From Dicyema japonicum (taxonomy: Eukaryota > Animalia > Dicyemida), in NCBI GenBank assembly GCA_011109175.1, contig RDEW01000037.1, positions 450,079-514,078 on the forward strand: a stretch of DNA of 64,000 bases, given 5' to 3'. The translations under genes and the position numbers were made by a program. This document shows positions 1-12,470 of the stretch, in pieces. The notes below the pieces were generated by a model. It searched no databases, was not told the DNA's origin, and was given only the letters and a program-made list of their open reading frames with translations. The stretch's first letter is position 1; each line of letters begins with the position of its first letter.

Positions 1-430
1 TTGCCATCAAAATAAATGTTATTGCACCCGTTTAAAGATTGTTGAGTATGCAGGTTTTCCATTCCTCTTAAAGTATGAAAATATAGTGAGAGTTTGATCG
101 ATGTTTCTTTTCAATCAACCGAAAAGATGGACGTGGAAGATAATTCAAATGCATGGTACATTTTCTTTAAAGTAGAAGCATCGAATAATTTTGATTTAAC
201 TTTGTGCCCACCAGACCTTAATTCACCCAATTTCAAAGGATGCATAAAAATGCATGTTCATCAGTCAAAATGTGACTTTAAAGTAGGAGATAAAGTATTT
301 TTATAATTAATTTTTTGGTTCGCATGGTAGAGGATTATGGAACACATCACTTAACCGTTTTGAAATGCATTATGAAGAACCAGTTTAAATTACTAATATT
401 TTATCATCTCCTAGAAATAAATATTAATAA
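1..430 (+). CDS. 3' part of an unidentified spliced host gene (low confidence)
   Basis: Open frame 94-306 (...CIKMHVHQSKCDFKVGDK) flanked by short AT-rich GT-initiated segments. Exon structure is ambiguous and no family is recognised. Confidence 0.3.
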
Positions 431-1136
431 TTTATATACTCAAGAGCTTTCAAAAAATTCAAAAATAATTAAAATGTGTCGTGCAGGATAATTAAATATA
501 ATAAAGTGAGTATCATTGATTTACGATAATGTAATGACAGGCAAAATGATTTAATGACAGGTAACCAATCCAGCATGTCACATAATACATGTTCGGAAGG
601 CAGGAAAACTAGCAGAGAACCACCATTTTAAAGACAGGTATTATGCGCAGTTTCAAGAATTCTCTACAGCAGTGTTTCTCAACAAAAGGCGATTTGAACC
701 TCAGAAGGGGATTTTTTCAAAACGCAAGCATCCTCGATCACTAAGAAAATATATTGAATTTTTTTAAAGTCTAAAGCAAAACTATAAAAAATAAAAATAA
801 CTTCATTAGTACCACAAACTATTAAGGGTTTGTGTATTCATATAGAGTTGCAGAAATTGTTATTTTAAAAGTCATCAAAAGTCGACACAACAGGATTTTC
901 TACTTTCAACGATTTTGAATCATACCTCAATACTCATATGGCCTGATCAGAAAATATCGTGATTTATGTATTTTTAAAAATTTTAAGAAATTTTGCGCTA
1001 AATGTCTGTAGTAAAAAGTATTGGTTTTAAAGCAGAAAAATTGTTGAAAATTCTTTTATTTTAATATTATCGTCGTATGTACTCACGTTCCGGAATTTGC
1101 TCCCATATAACAACAACGATTTATTGACAAAAGAGT

Positions 1137-2060
1137 TAAGGAGATTTCTGAAGGGTATTACATCTGAGTCCTACCATAAGGCTTGGACTCCACACCTGAA
1201 CTCTTCCTCCTTTTTTTTATTATTAATCTTTTTCAGGACGTTTCTCCCAGCTTTATATACGTGTCCTGGACCTTTGACCTCTTCCTGAAACCATTGATCT
1301 GATCTTCCACAATCTTGCTAATCGGTTCTAAGAGCTTGTTTTCGTCCTCGCTTAGACAGTCTTTCAGTTTCTTGTTTAAGGAGAGTTTAATTGCAGCTCT
1401 CCTAGTCTTCTCTAGGAAGGATAAAATCTTCTCCCTCTTCGGAGAGAAGAACCACCCCTCGCACCCATAAAGTAGGCCAGGAAGAATAACTCTCTTGAAG
1501 ATGAACAGGTAAGTGTCACGGCTAACGTGTAACTTCTGTGTACATAGGAGCAACTGAAAAGCTCTCTTTCCCCTTCCTTTTATGTCCTCCATGTAATCTC
1601 TTGCGTGTCCATAGTCGACCCCCAGATAGCGCAGACTATGTGCATTGTTTACTCCCAATGTGTATTCTTGTTTCAGGTGCTTTTTCACATTGTTTATTCG
1701 GAGTGCGCATGATTTTTCAGCAAAGAGCTTTAGCCCTCTCAAATTGCACCAATGCTCAATCTAGTCAACATACTCCCAGATTCTTCCTTCAGATATAAAA
1801 GATTTTAGAGATGTGTCCACCACGATTACGTCATCCGCATAAATAAAAAGACTAGTATTAATATTTCTCGGACGTTAAAAACTCGCCATGAATATATTAT
1901 ACAAAATAGGGCTCAATACCGAACCTTGTGGTACTCCCCTCTTGAATGATATTGCATCAGATATATCACACCATCACAAAAGATTGTCTTTCCTGAAGAT
2001 AATTTCTTAGCCAAACAAATAGGTATCTTGGAACACATGCTGATACAAGCTGCTTTAACA
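1137..2060 (-). mobile_element. Decayed non-LTR retrotransposon RT fragment
   Basis: Minus strand reads RGVPQGS (~1920-1940), LFIYADDV (~1830-1850) and YLGV..., VILPGLLYGCEGW in ORF 1233-1742. Confidence 0.8.
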
Positions 2061-2088
2061 ACGCTTCATGGCATACACTGTCGGATTG

Positions 2089-2908
2089 TAGGAAAAAAAG
2101 TCAAGTGGAAAAAAGGTCAAGCGGAAAAAAAGTCAAGTCCGTAAGCGGAAAAAAAGTCAAGTTGTCTTTTTTAGTTTATATCGCATTTTTGTGATACTAC
2201 TAGCATCTTTTAATTTTTAAAAATTTTTTCAATACTTGACTTTTTTTCCGCTTGACTTTTTTTCCATTTTTGAAAATTTTTCCCTTATAAATTTTCGAAA
2301 TTTAGCGCAAAACGGAAAAAAAGTCAAGTCCGTAATTTCGTTAACGGAAAATCCGTATATTGATTAAGTCAAAAAGATTAAACCAAAGCGAAAAAAGTTA
2401 AGTCAATTTTATTATATTTAGGAATTCTTGGCCCCCAAGCAGAATGAGTTGGTTCGTAAGATCGGCTCCATGATTCAAGCTGTGATTAAGGATCTGCGAG
2501 AGACTAGTTGGTTCCGAGAACGTATCTCGTTGGCTATTGTTAAGGGAAATAGCATGGCCATTCAGATGCCTTAATTTAATTTTTATTCATTTAATAATTA
2601 AAAAAATTTTTTTTTATTATTACCTTGAAATTCTTAAATTGATTTAGTCAAAGCGATTATACCAAAGCGGAAAAAAAGTCAAGTCCGTGATTTCGTTAGC
2701 GGACTTGACTTTTTTTCCATTTTGCGCTAAATTTCGAAAATTTATAAGGGAAAAATTTTCAAAAATGAAAAAAAGTCAAGCGGAAAAAAGTCAAGTATTG
2801 AAAAAATTTTTAAAAATTAAAAGATGCTAGTAGTATCACAAAAATGCGATATAAACTAAAAAAAGACAACTTGACTTTTTTTCCGCTTGACTTTTTTCCC
2901 CTTACGGA
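2089..2908. mobile_element. Foldback/MITE-like element with ~250-bp inverted arms built of AAAAAAAGTCAAG sub-repeats
   Basis: ~2130-2330 is the reverse complement of ~2700-2905. Many (G)GAAAAAAAGTCAAG units occur in both orientations. The same arm recurs at 24729-24986. Confidence 0.7.
2415..2575 (+). mobile_element. 3' end fragment of a CRE-like (RLE) retroelement in the foldback spacer
   Basis: Reads ...DLRETSWFRERISLAIVKGNSMAIQMP*, matching the RISxxIxRGNA C-terminal motif of CRE-type elements. Confidence 0.6.
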
Positions 2909-2911
2909 CCT

Positions 2912-4027
2912 AACCCTCACACAATTCATTGCGGAAGGATTTAACTCCCCCAAACCCCATCAGAGGACAGTACTTATATCCGTGGACATCACAAAAGCGT
3001 TCGACTCAGTCCCTAGGAAACTTCTAACAAAGAAAATATATGAAACCAACATCCATCCGAACCTGAAACTTTGGCTTGGAAACTTCTAAATGGAAGACGA
3101 GCACAAGTACTCTGCAACAACATCAAATCAAGATCTCGCTATTTCCCAAATGGAGTCCCTCAAGGCTCACCACTATCCCCACTCTTCAATCTCTACATAA
3201 ACGACATGCCACAAACCTGTAATGAAAACTGTCTAATCCTCTCATATGCCGACGATATCATTCTTGCCTCCAAGGACAGAAACATTCAATCAGCGACTCA
3301 GTTGGCTCAACAAATGCTCGATAACTTGAACTATGGCTCTCGAGCGGAGACTTGACACATCAGCAACAAAGTCCTTTGTCACATTGTTTACCACTACAAG
3401 AGACAGCTCTGTATCGAACCAAAAGTCTTTATGAAGAACGAGCTATCTCTATTAACAAAACACCGAAGATTCTGGGAGTAACCTTTGATCAGGGACTCAC
3501 CTTTATCCGGCATGTTGAAAACAGAGTAACTTCTGCTCTGAAAAAATAAGAATATTAAAAGTGCTCTCAAAAATATTTAGAGATCAAACTGGGATCCTTT
3601 CCACGATATACAAACAATTCATCCGACCAACGATGACGTATGCAAGTCCTTCATGGGCAATGCAAATGTCACGATCTTCCACATTGAAGTTATCTGCAAT
3701 CGAGGAGACTGCAATGAGGTTAATTGGACCAGATCACAACATCCACCTATTGAAAATTTTTTAATTGAAATACAACGAAAACTATTAAAGGAGGCTGTTC
3801 TATCCGAGCTGCCCTCTATTCCATATACTATCGAATTATCTACAATCATACAGAAATTGTGAGCCGATGCCATGTCCTATGAGAAGAGCTGTTCAGGATT
3901 CTCGACCCCGCCGGACTCCGTCCTCACCTTTGTCGGTCTGGGTCACTTAGTTAGATGAGAACTTTTATTCTTTCTCTTTGACCCAGTGATCCTGGGGGTA
4001 ATAATAATAATAATAATAATAATAATT
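2912..4027 (+). mobile_element. 5'-truncated LINE (RT domain to 3' tail)
   Basis: ISVDITKAFDSV, GVPQGSPLSP, YADDI, PKILGVTFD with frameshifts. Ends GTGATCCTGGGGG followed by a (TAA)n tail at ~4000-4025. Confidence 0.85.
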
Positions 4028-4029
4028 AA

Positions 4030-5520
4030 GATAGTATAGGGATTCTTGTTGTAGAACTCAGTGATATCTGTAGAACAAGTCTCAAGATTCTTGGAATATA
4101 GACCTCCAACACTAATCTATTCTCCGTGTCAACAAACGTCCATGCTTACAAATTCACACAATACATCACAAACGACTTTTGGATTACGAATTCGGAAAAA
4201 GTCCAGGTAGAAAATAGAAGTTCCTGTACCAGGAGCTGCTCCAGCCTTTCATAAAACATCCACGGAAATGTATCCAGTCATTATATTACTCTTCGCTTTC
4301 TTTACTTTCGTCTCATTGACCACCAAGACGTCGATCTTGGAGGCTCTCGCAAGTAGTGCTAGTTCATTAAGCCTTTTCCCTAGGGATCGGACATTCACTA
4401 GCACTATTTTTAGTCATTGCTTCTTCAAAGCCAAGGTCACCGTTTCCATTAAATCCACATGTGCAATCGAGCACAAATAGTTTAACCGCGACATAATCTC
4501 CGATATTTCAGCGTGTATCTTCTCTGATAGATTGGGTGAGACATCGTTCGGTTTTCGACGAATTTTAGGTGCCGACTTTGACATAACTGTCTTTGCTGTC
4601 CACGTTCTCCCAATATCGCTATTATCGCCTGTCCATCGCCTTTAGTTGCTTTCCTCTGATCAGATTTCTTGGCGGCTGGGCATCCACCATATCTGGCACA
4701 ATGTGAGGACGAGCCACAATTTATACAATTCATTGTGTTCCCAGGAGTCTCTCCACAAGCAGTTAAGTCGTGTTCCCCTGCACAACGGAGACATTTGAAA
4801 CATATAGGTGGGCCTCTTCTGTACCATTCACATGTAATCGGCACGTGGGCAATGTTGAAACCAAGACGGACAAGCGATGTAGCCTCCGCCCTTGATCCAA
4901 CTAGAACTTTTGCAAGAGGGAGTCTCCTATCTCCTTTGTAGAAACGGCATATGCTTGTAATAGAGGGAGCTATTTCCTTGACAAATTCATGAAGGTCGTT
5001 ATCATCAACCCAAAATGGCAAGTTCTTAACACAATTTCGGACGGTTTCACTCGGATTTCACTGAAACAATGGTTTCCAAGACCAAAAGGTGAAGTGACAT
5101 TCACATGTTCACAAAAGTTCCTTTTGTCATCCTCCTTCGTGAATTCGAGGCGGAAGATGCCGGAGCCTTTGTGGCTCAATCTGATAGACCCTGTCGGGTC
5201 GAACGAGTACAGTAAGTTGGAGATTTTGATGGCTCCCATATTTGACATAACAGTGATTTGTATAAAAGCATTCCCAGAGTATTCAAAAGGAGGCTTCAGA
5301 GACAGATCCTTAACATTTTCAATACAGCTATTCTTTAAAACCCCTCCAGAGGTAGTCTTATCGTTTTCAATATAATTCTCCTTTAAGACCTCTCCAGAGT
5401 TAGTCTTTTTGATTTTAGTATTCTTCTTTGTAGTAGCTTTTCTAACGACAGGCATGAAAAAAAACCCAATATAAAGTATGGAAAAATTATTTTTACTACA
5501 TGCTATTCCTAGGCGAGTTG
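4030..5520 (-). mobile_element. LINE 5' part: gag-like ORF1 with Cys/His knuckles followed by start of APE ORF2
   Basis: ORFs 4970-5455 and 4482-5021 (CFKCLRCAGEHDLTAC...CINCGSSSHCARYGGCP). Downstream: LKIVLVNVRSL...IDVLVVNETK (APE motif). Confidence 0.85.
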
Positions 5521-5599
5521 TCTCTCACCGAATTATTATGAAGAGAAAATAATTATCTACAGGGCGATAGTTTTTTCATGGGTGATACAAAAAAAGCAA

Positions 5600-6180
5600 G
5601 AAACACTTCTCTAAAGGATGGTCTTAGATTGTATCCGAGATGACATCAAAATGTCTGGTTTTCAGCATGCGTTCCGAGCAAACCATTCAACTTCCACACA
5701 CTTGACGACATTCTCCCAATTTATTTCAGAAGGATTCAAAGTCACATTTAAAGACTGTTCTTGTTTCTCTTGACATTACCAAAGTATTCAGTCTCAGAAA
5801 GTCTCTAGATGAATAGATATTTGAAAAGATATGCAACTCTAACTTGAAAATATGGCTCTCTAACTTTCTAAGTTGAAGGCGTTGACAAGTAATTCACAAC
5901 AACGTGAAATCGAGGACACGATTTCTCTCAATGGGGTGCCCCAAGGATCCTCACTATCACCAACACTGTTCAATTTGTACATACACGACATACCAAAACC
6001 CACAGACGAAAAATGTCTCCTTCTTTCACATGCGGATGACATAGTCATTGCTGCAAGGGACTACCCAGTCCCTACTCAAATGGTTCAGAGAATGCTCAAT
6101 TCCTTAACCCAATGGTTGGAAGACTATGCTTGGAGATGTCACCTACAAAATCATTAGTGACCTTCTTTACCACTGGGGAA
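5600..6180 (+). mobile_element. LINE RT fragment
   Basis: QHAFR..HST, SLDITK, GVPQGSSLSPTLFNLYIHDIP, HADDI; disrupted. Confidence 0.8.
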
Positions 6181-6257
6181 GATCATTAATGATTAAATAT
6201 TAACTTTTTTGGTTGGTTGGTTAAATAAATATTAATTAATAAAAATAAGATTAATAA

Positions 6258-7010
6258 ATGAGCAGATTTTTAAAGTTATTTTCCTGTGTGACAAAAATGC
6301 GTATAATTATATTTAATAATTAGAAATATCCGACCAGTCTAAACTTTGCATACTTCCAAGTAAACAAGGGTATTCAATGTAGAATTTCTCAATAAAGACA
6401 CAAAATGGATAAAATCAAAAGCCATTGAAGGTAACGAACCTAAGACCTATCTCACTGATGGAGAAACAGTGCTCGAATTAGTCAAGTTCTCTGACGCGAA
6501 TAGCAGCATTTTCATGGACGACTATATTTTAGAGGGTTTTACTATTACTTACGTTCAGATCCAAGTTTAGTTTTCTTTACACCAGTCGATCCACTGTTTG
6601 TCCTTCTCCCATATTTGTGTTCATCACCACAGTCTGAAGTAAGGATTCCTCCCATAGATTTGGAGGGACTCGTTGATTACAACTTCAAACAACTGTCCCA
6701 CGTGGGTGATGTTAAATGTTTTGTTTTATAGTCAATTTCAGTAAGGAATGGTGTTTTTTGTACTTTTAATGAGACAAAAACTCTGAACTGGTTGGAAAAG
6801 AAGACTAAAAGATGTGTTTTATCGTTAAAAGAGGAAATATCTGTTACAAACCCTTTATATTCTGCAGTCGACTTGATTGGAAGATATATTTCCAATGATA
6901 TGGAGAACAAACTGAAAATAAAGATGGGAATTGATGACAATATACATTTTAATAAAAATGGGAAACGTATAAACTATAAACCACTTACTCACTTTTTTAA
7001 AAAAATATGA
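6258..7010 (+). CDS. RNASEH2B: Ribonuclease H2 subunit B; 4 micro-introns (6301-6323, 6360-6382, 6536-6558, 6711-6731)
   Basis: Spliced product contains FMDDYILEDPSLVFFTPVDPLFVLLPYL, FNETKTLNWLEKK, AVDLIGRYIS and a C-terminal PIP-like YKPLTHFF. Introns are GT-AG, 23/23/23/21 nt, and give one open frame. Confidence 0.85.
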
Positions 7011-7032
7011 TATTTTCCTATACTTATTCACT

Positions 7033-7560
7033 TCATTCTAAGGAAATGTCACAAGTTAATATGATTCCACTCACTAAATTAATATTGCACTCACTTTTGT
7101 CTTTAATATTCCACCTGGGTGCAGTTCTCAGAATTAGTAGAACATGCAAAGACAGATATTTACGGCAATAAGGGGGATTTTTGTGGCTTCGTAATAGATT
7201 TTGAGGACTATTAGTAAGTTTGCAAGTCATCGTCTAAATAGGGGATTTCAATGTTGTAAATTTGATCGGTGATGTCCAAGATAAATTTGACAATGTGAAT
7301 TAGCTTTTCTTGAAACTACGTTGGAAGATAATGTTCTCGTATTTGTCGGGGGATTGAAAATCTCAACATAACAACACGTGGAGACAATTGAATCATTTGA
7401 CAATACAGATACTCACAATTGTATGATTCCATTTGTCAGAAATGAGATTCCAAGGCATTTCATATGCAATTGTTGTATCTAAGGGTCGTCGTGAAGCAGA
7501 TCTTAAGAGTAATGATTTTATATTTGTGAATGATGCGTCTGACTCAGTCTCGCAAAGATG
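7033..7560 (-). pseudogene. Possible remnant of a cytochrome-b5-reductase-like FAD-binding gene
   Basis: Fragments YNCEYLYCQMIQLSPRVVMLRFSIP, IYLGHH and VLKIYY...LHPGG in shifting frames. No consistent splice model. Confidence 0.25.
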
Positions 7561-7659
7561 AGGTCGCTGTTAAAATGCATGGGATCACGTGATAATTAGT
7601 TTGATTTTACCGTGGTCATGGGTTGTTAAATAAATGCATGTAATTTGAGTTGAAGTGAC

Positions 7660-7960
7660 CCTTCTTAACAACGAGAAGGTATAATTTGATAGACTTTTTA
7701 TATACTTTTTGAGGAGACACACAGGAAGGATATCGGTCTGAATGAGTCATTTGGCTGTCCGAACTTCAAATCGTATATTAGATAACTTCCATATGGATGA
7801 GATAGTTCCTGTGCATATAAAATTCTGGTGAGGGGCAAAAATTAAAAAAATTAATTAGGCTTTAAATACAGTTTATTTGTTTGAGACTATTATGTGACCA
7901 ACACCTTGACAAACGATTACAATGAATCTCAGGCTTTCTATCCACTCCGCATTGACTTTA
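7660..7960 (-). mobile_element. Small LINE ORF1 and RT fragments
   Basis: RGEAQSLVRLGLNV (similar to ORF1 at 4.9 kb) and SSIWKLSNI...DSFRPISFLCVSSK. Confidence 0.5.
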
Positions 7961-9319
7961 GAGAAACTCACGTTTAGCCCCAATCTAACAAGAGATTGAG
8001 CTTCTCCTCTATTATACATTACTAATTAGTAGAACAGGTTGAGCAAGTATTACATGTCATCTTAGACAATTCTTTATTACGCAATTCACTGTTCAATTGA
8101 GTTGCATTCACAGAATTAACAAAAGTTTCTTGTTTGACACTAAAATTCTTCATCAATTGTTTCTTTTGCACGTGTAGTCTTGTTACAGCCTTACTACACA
8201 AAAAAGATAGAGAATTTTTTAAAGAAGGTTGGTCAGCCTGGTATGCCATGAAAACATTCTAAGGGAGTCTAACAGAGATATTTCGACTGACTTCGACGTG
8301 GAGATGGGGAATTGATGGCACACTCTTCTTCTAAGAGGAGAGGGATTACCAAAAAATCCTCTTAATTAGATAATGTCTGAAAACAATTATAATGATTTCG
8401 CTCATTTATCTACACCCTCCGTGCAACATAAGGACTGCGGTCAAAACTAAACTTTGACTTCAAGGTCGGCCAATTCTTTCTTCTTTATAATAAAGGATGA
8501 ATTGTGCATTGAATTCCAAGGTGAATAAGATCACCCTTTCCACCATATTAAGCGTTTTGAAAGTTAGATTCAAACTTAAATGTCTAAAGATGCTGATCTG
8601 AAAGATTTTTCTGAAAAAAACGCTATGGACAAAAAATGAATTACGAAAAATTTATTCCAGTGTTAAATCGTGTTGTAAAATTTTGGAAGTAGTCAATGGG
8701 TATCGTTATTTGGATATACTTGAAGATGGAGGAAATACTATTCTTTAGAAAAAAGTTATAAATTCTATCCTTAAGAAGAGGATAACTATGATTTCAGGGA
8801 CAAAACTAAATTCAGTAAATTTGTTCCATGGAATTAATGAATATGAGTTTTCTCTATAATTATTGGTTTGGTCAATATTGAACCATTTGAATTCGACTAT
8901 ATTGACTGTGAAACACGTTAACTGCTTACTATTATGGGGTTGTGCCTGAAGCCTGCAAACAAGGAGAGATTATATTTAAACAAGAGGACTTTTGAGTGAG
9001 GACTTAACCGGTTTCGCTCAAAAGTGAACTGATGCTCTTTTGGAAAAGAATTCTGCTCTTTGTTTGGGAAGGTTGGGGATTCTGCGAATTATTAAAACTA
9101 ATAAATGGTATTTGGCTACAATTGCAGGATTTCTTACTTCTAAATATGGAATGACTGATAAGGAGAGTATTAATGTTTAGTCCCTCAATACCATCCAGAA
9201 ACAATATCGTTACATTCTCTGCTCTTCAAATGTGATTTTTTAGTGAATCCGCCATGTCTCTTAATTTTAAATAATTTTTTTAAATAACTTATTATCACGT
9301 TGTCATTGTTTATTGTTGT

Positions 9320-10150
9320 TTTAATGAAACGTAACTGTACAAGACTAAAAAACAATCAAAAAATTGAGATTTTGAAGTTTCTTCAAACAAATAATGAATT
9401 ATCTTCGCTTAAAATTTCTGAGATTTTTATAAAAAAATGCAATGCACCTATTTCTCGCCGATCTGTTGATGATCTGAAAAGTAAAAGAGGATCTGAAAAT
9501 ATGTTGAATAACTTACGATCTGACATTTCTCGCAAAGAATATTTAAAGTTTAGTGAAATCGATGATAATACTATTGCTTGGGTTAATTCAATGGATGTTA
9601 AAGGAGCCACTTTGAACGATTAAATTATTACTGAGAAAGCTAAAATATTTGCATCGAAACGTAAGATCACTGATCTCAAAGAACCAAAGGGTGGCTTGTT
9701 AAATTTTAAAAGAGGAATGGTTTGAAGTTACGAAATATGCATGGAGAATTTGCAACTTTATTTTTGACCCTAATGTGGTATCAGATTTTATTGAATTAAT
9801 CAAAAATAAAATCAATCTCTACGGAGCTCAAAATGTTTATTATGCCGACGAAACTGGTTTATTCTACAAAATGATACCGTCCAAAAGTGTTTGTAGAAAC
9901 TTTAAATAAGGTTATAAAGTATTGAAAGACAGACTTTCAGTCAGTTATGTGGACGGTTCAGATAAACGAACAACCTTACTAATTGGGATGTTAAAAATCC
10001 TAGATGTTTCAAAAATTTTGATATAAAAAATATGTCACATATTCTAATTCAAAAAAATGGATAGCCGAATTTTTAATCAATTTTTTTGAAATGGGAAATA
10101 GAATAGAAAAATTTTGCTTGTTGTAGATAAATGTTCTGCCCAGCACTTTA
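9320..10150 (+). mobile_element. Tigger/pogo transposase, decayed
   Basis: HTH-psq/CENP-B-like N-terminus (LKNNQKIEILKF...), GWLxNFKRR-like segment, YADETGLFYKMIPSKS and LLVVDKCSAQ. Confidence 0.85.
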
Positions 10151-11720
10151 GCAAGCAGTTCAATCGGGAGGATACTACACCTCTCACACAATTCGAAGGA
10201 CAGCCTCGTTCACTTAATAATGTGTTTACGGATTCCGAGATTCGTGGAGCACTCCTTCGCCTGAATAACAACAGAGTAGCTGGCTATGACAATTTTGTGG
10301 GAGTTGTTAAAATACGCACCAACCCAGATAGCAGAAAATATAACTTTCATATTCAACGAGATATTCAGGACTCATTGTTCAATTGACATCGCGATGGGAG
10401 TTCTACTTCCTTTACAAAACACAGGCAAATCTCCAGGTCCAATTGAAAATCTCACACCGATCGTGCTTTTGACCACTTTGCAAAAAATTGTCGATTACAA
10501 CATTGAATATCAAATTCAGTTGACCAATACTTGTCACAAAGTCAAAGCGGATTCAGACCAGGAAGATCAACCGCTGATATAGTATGGAGTCATCGGTGGC
10601 ATACGGCAATATGTCAGAAAAACAGAAAAACAATGTATATTCTGGGAGTCGACTTAGCGAAAGCATTCGATTGTGTCTCCCAAGATAAACTATGCAAGTT
10701 ATCAAAAACATAATTGATGAGGACTGTTTGAGTATTGTGCGTTTTTTGCTGGCTGACACAAGCCTCATAGTGAAAGTGGGGGAGGGCTATTCGGAAAAAT
10801 TCACGACCAGGATTGGTACTCCGCAAGGGACTCGCTTTCGCCAGTTCTCTTTGCAATATACTTGGAAGCTGCGTTGAGGGACGTTACAAAAGAATTGGGT
10901 CACTTAAATAATCATTTTGTGAAATTAATATATGCTGATGACATCGATTTTGTGTCTGAGGATGTGGAGGTACTAAGAACTGCTTGGAGAGGCGGTCTTT
11001 GAAAGAAATTCAGAAAAAACGGAGCTAAATTCGATTAGCGGTTACCGACACGGATTGATGAGAAATGGAGGTTTACTAAAAGGCTTGGCTCGTTTTTGGA
11101 TGATGCTAGGACATTGCTCGTAGAAAGATGTTGGCATCGTGTGCACTGAAAAAGATGTGGAGTATTTGGACTCGCAGAAAACAAATCTTCGGATGCGCTT
11201 ATATAACGCGTTCATACAACCAGTCCTATTATATAACTCGGGAACATGGGGAACATCAAAAACGGACCTTGACAGACTAGACACATTTCATGGAAATCAA
11301 TTGAGAAAAAAATTTCAAATGGCCACAGATTATCAAAAACGACAGTCTACGAATTATGTAAATGCAAACCGATAGCAGAGAAGTAATTATTTCACGCTGG
11401 CGACTTTTCGGACATGTTCTGAGAATGGACGAAGTGATTCCTTGCAATCAAATCATGGAAGATTACTATTCAAATCACGGAATTGGATTTCGGGGTCGGC
11501 CAAGATGTACGCTTCCCCTCTGCCTTAATAACGATTACGCACGAATTGGCGGTCAACTCAAAACTGGAGACGATCTTGAGGATATTCGTAAACGCGCGAG
11601 AAACAGAGCTAGATGGAGAGGGCTGACTGAGAGGATAGTCGAGTGTACTGCACGAGCGAAACCCTAGGCATTTTACGTGCCTATGGCAACGCGGAAGTGC
11701 TATTAACTAACTAACTAATT
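10150..11720 (+). mobile_element. RTE-like LINE 3' half
   Basis: SQSGFRPGRSTADIVWSHRW, GVDLAKAFDCV, YADDIDF, LYNAFIQPVLLYNSGTW, WRLFGHVLRM; ends with a (TAAC)n tail. Confidence 0.85.
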
Positions 11721-12119
11721 TATGATACATCGCTTTGATGATTGAGGTTGCTTTTTTGTTGAAAATACTGTTCCAACATTTTATGACAGATTCATGTTGG
11801 ATATTAACTTTGTTAAGAGATTCATAAAAATATCTTTTTCGTCGATAAAGTATTAATAGTTTTGAATAATCTTTTTATTCTAGTTACAGTTTCAATGCTC
11901 GTTTCGAACTTTTGTGTAAGAATCTGTGAGACATATTTTTTCGATAGAAGAGATATTACAGGCTTTTCTTAGTATTTAGGCAGCAGTGATGTTAAGAACG
12001 CCACAGTGATATTAAGTCAACTTGAAATTTTCCTATAAATAAACCATTAAATAAGTCACAGTTAATTAATTTTGTTCCACATTGAGGTTTTTGGTCTTTT
12101 ACATTTCTATGCCAATCCT

Positions 12120-12470
12120 ACCAAGTGTTCAAAAATCTGTGGGTGTTCCAAAAATTGAGGTAATGTTTTCTCCGAATCGACGTCGGACTGTAGTTACCTT
12201 GGTCTTTAGAATTTTTAATTTCAAAGTAAAGAATCCTGTGATTGGGGTCATATGTATTTTCTTAGCTATAAGGACCCCAGGATTCCATGAACCACATCTC
12301 TGGTGAGTATTTTCCACTAACAAGGATTTCTTCGGGCTTCTAACGAATAAATAATTTATAGCTGGTTTATCGAGCGCATTTCCTTACAAATCGTCAGGGG
12401 GAATGCGTTTTCAATCCTGAGAGCAGCCAGCCTTGACTGAAAGGAACTTAAATTAGTTGTTGACTGTTTT
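12120..12470 (+). mobile_element. CRE-like retroelement 3' fragment
   Basis: WFIERISLQIVRGNAFSILRAASLD* near 12360-12440. Confidence 0.65.

Noticed and set aside
7394-7416. Another possible 23-nt GT-TG intron
   Set aside because: The downstream frame reads plausibly through this segment (YNCEYLYCQMIQLSP) without splicing, and the locus looks pseudogenised, so it is not evidence.
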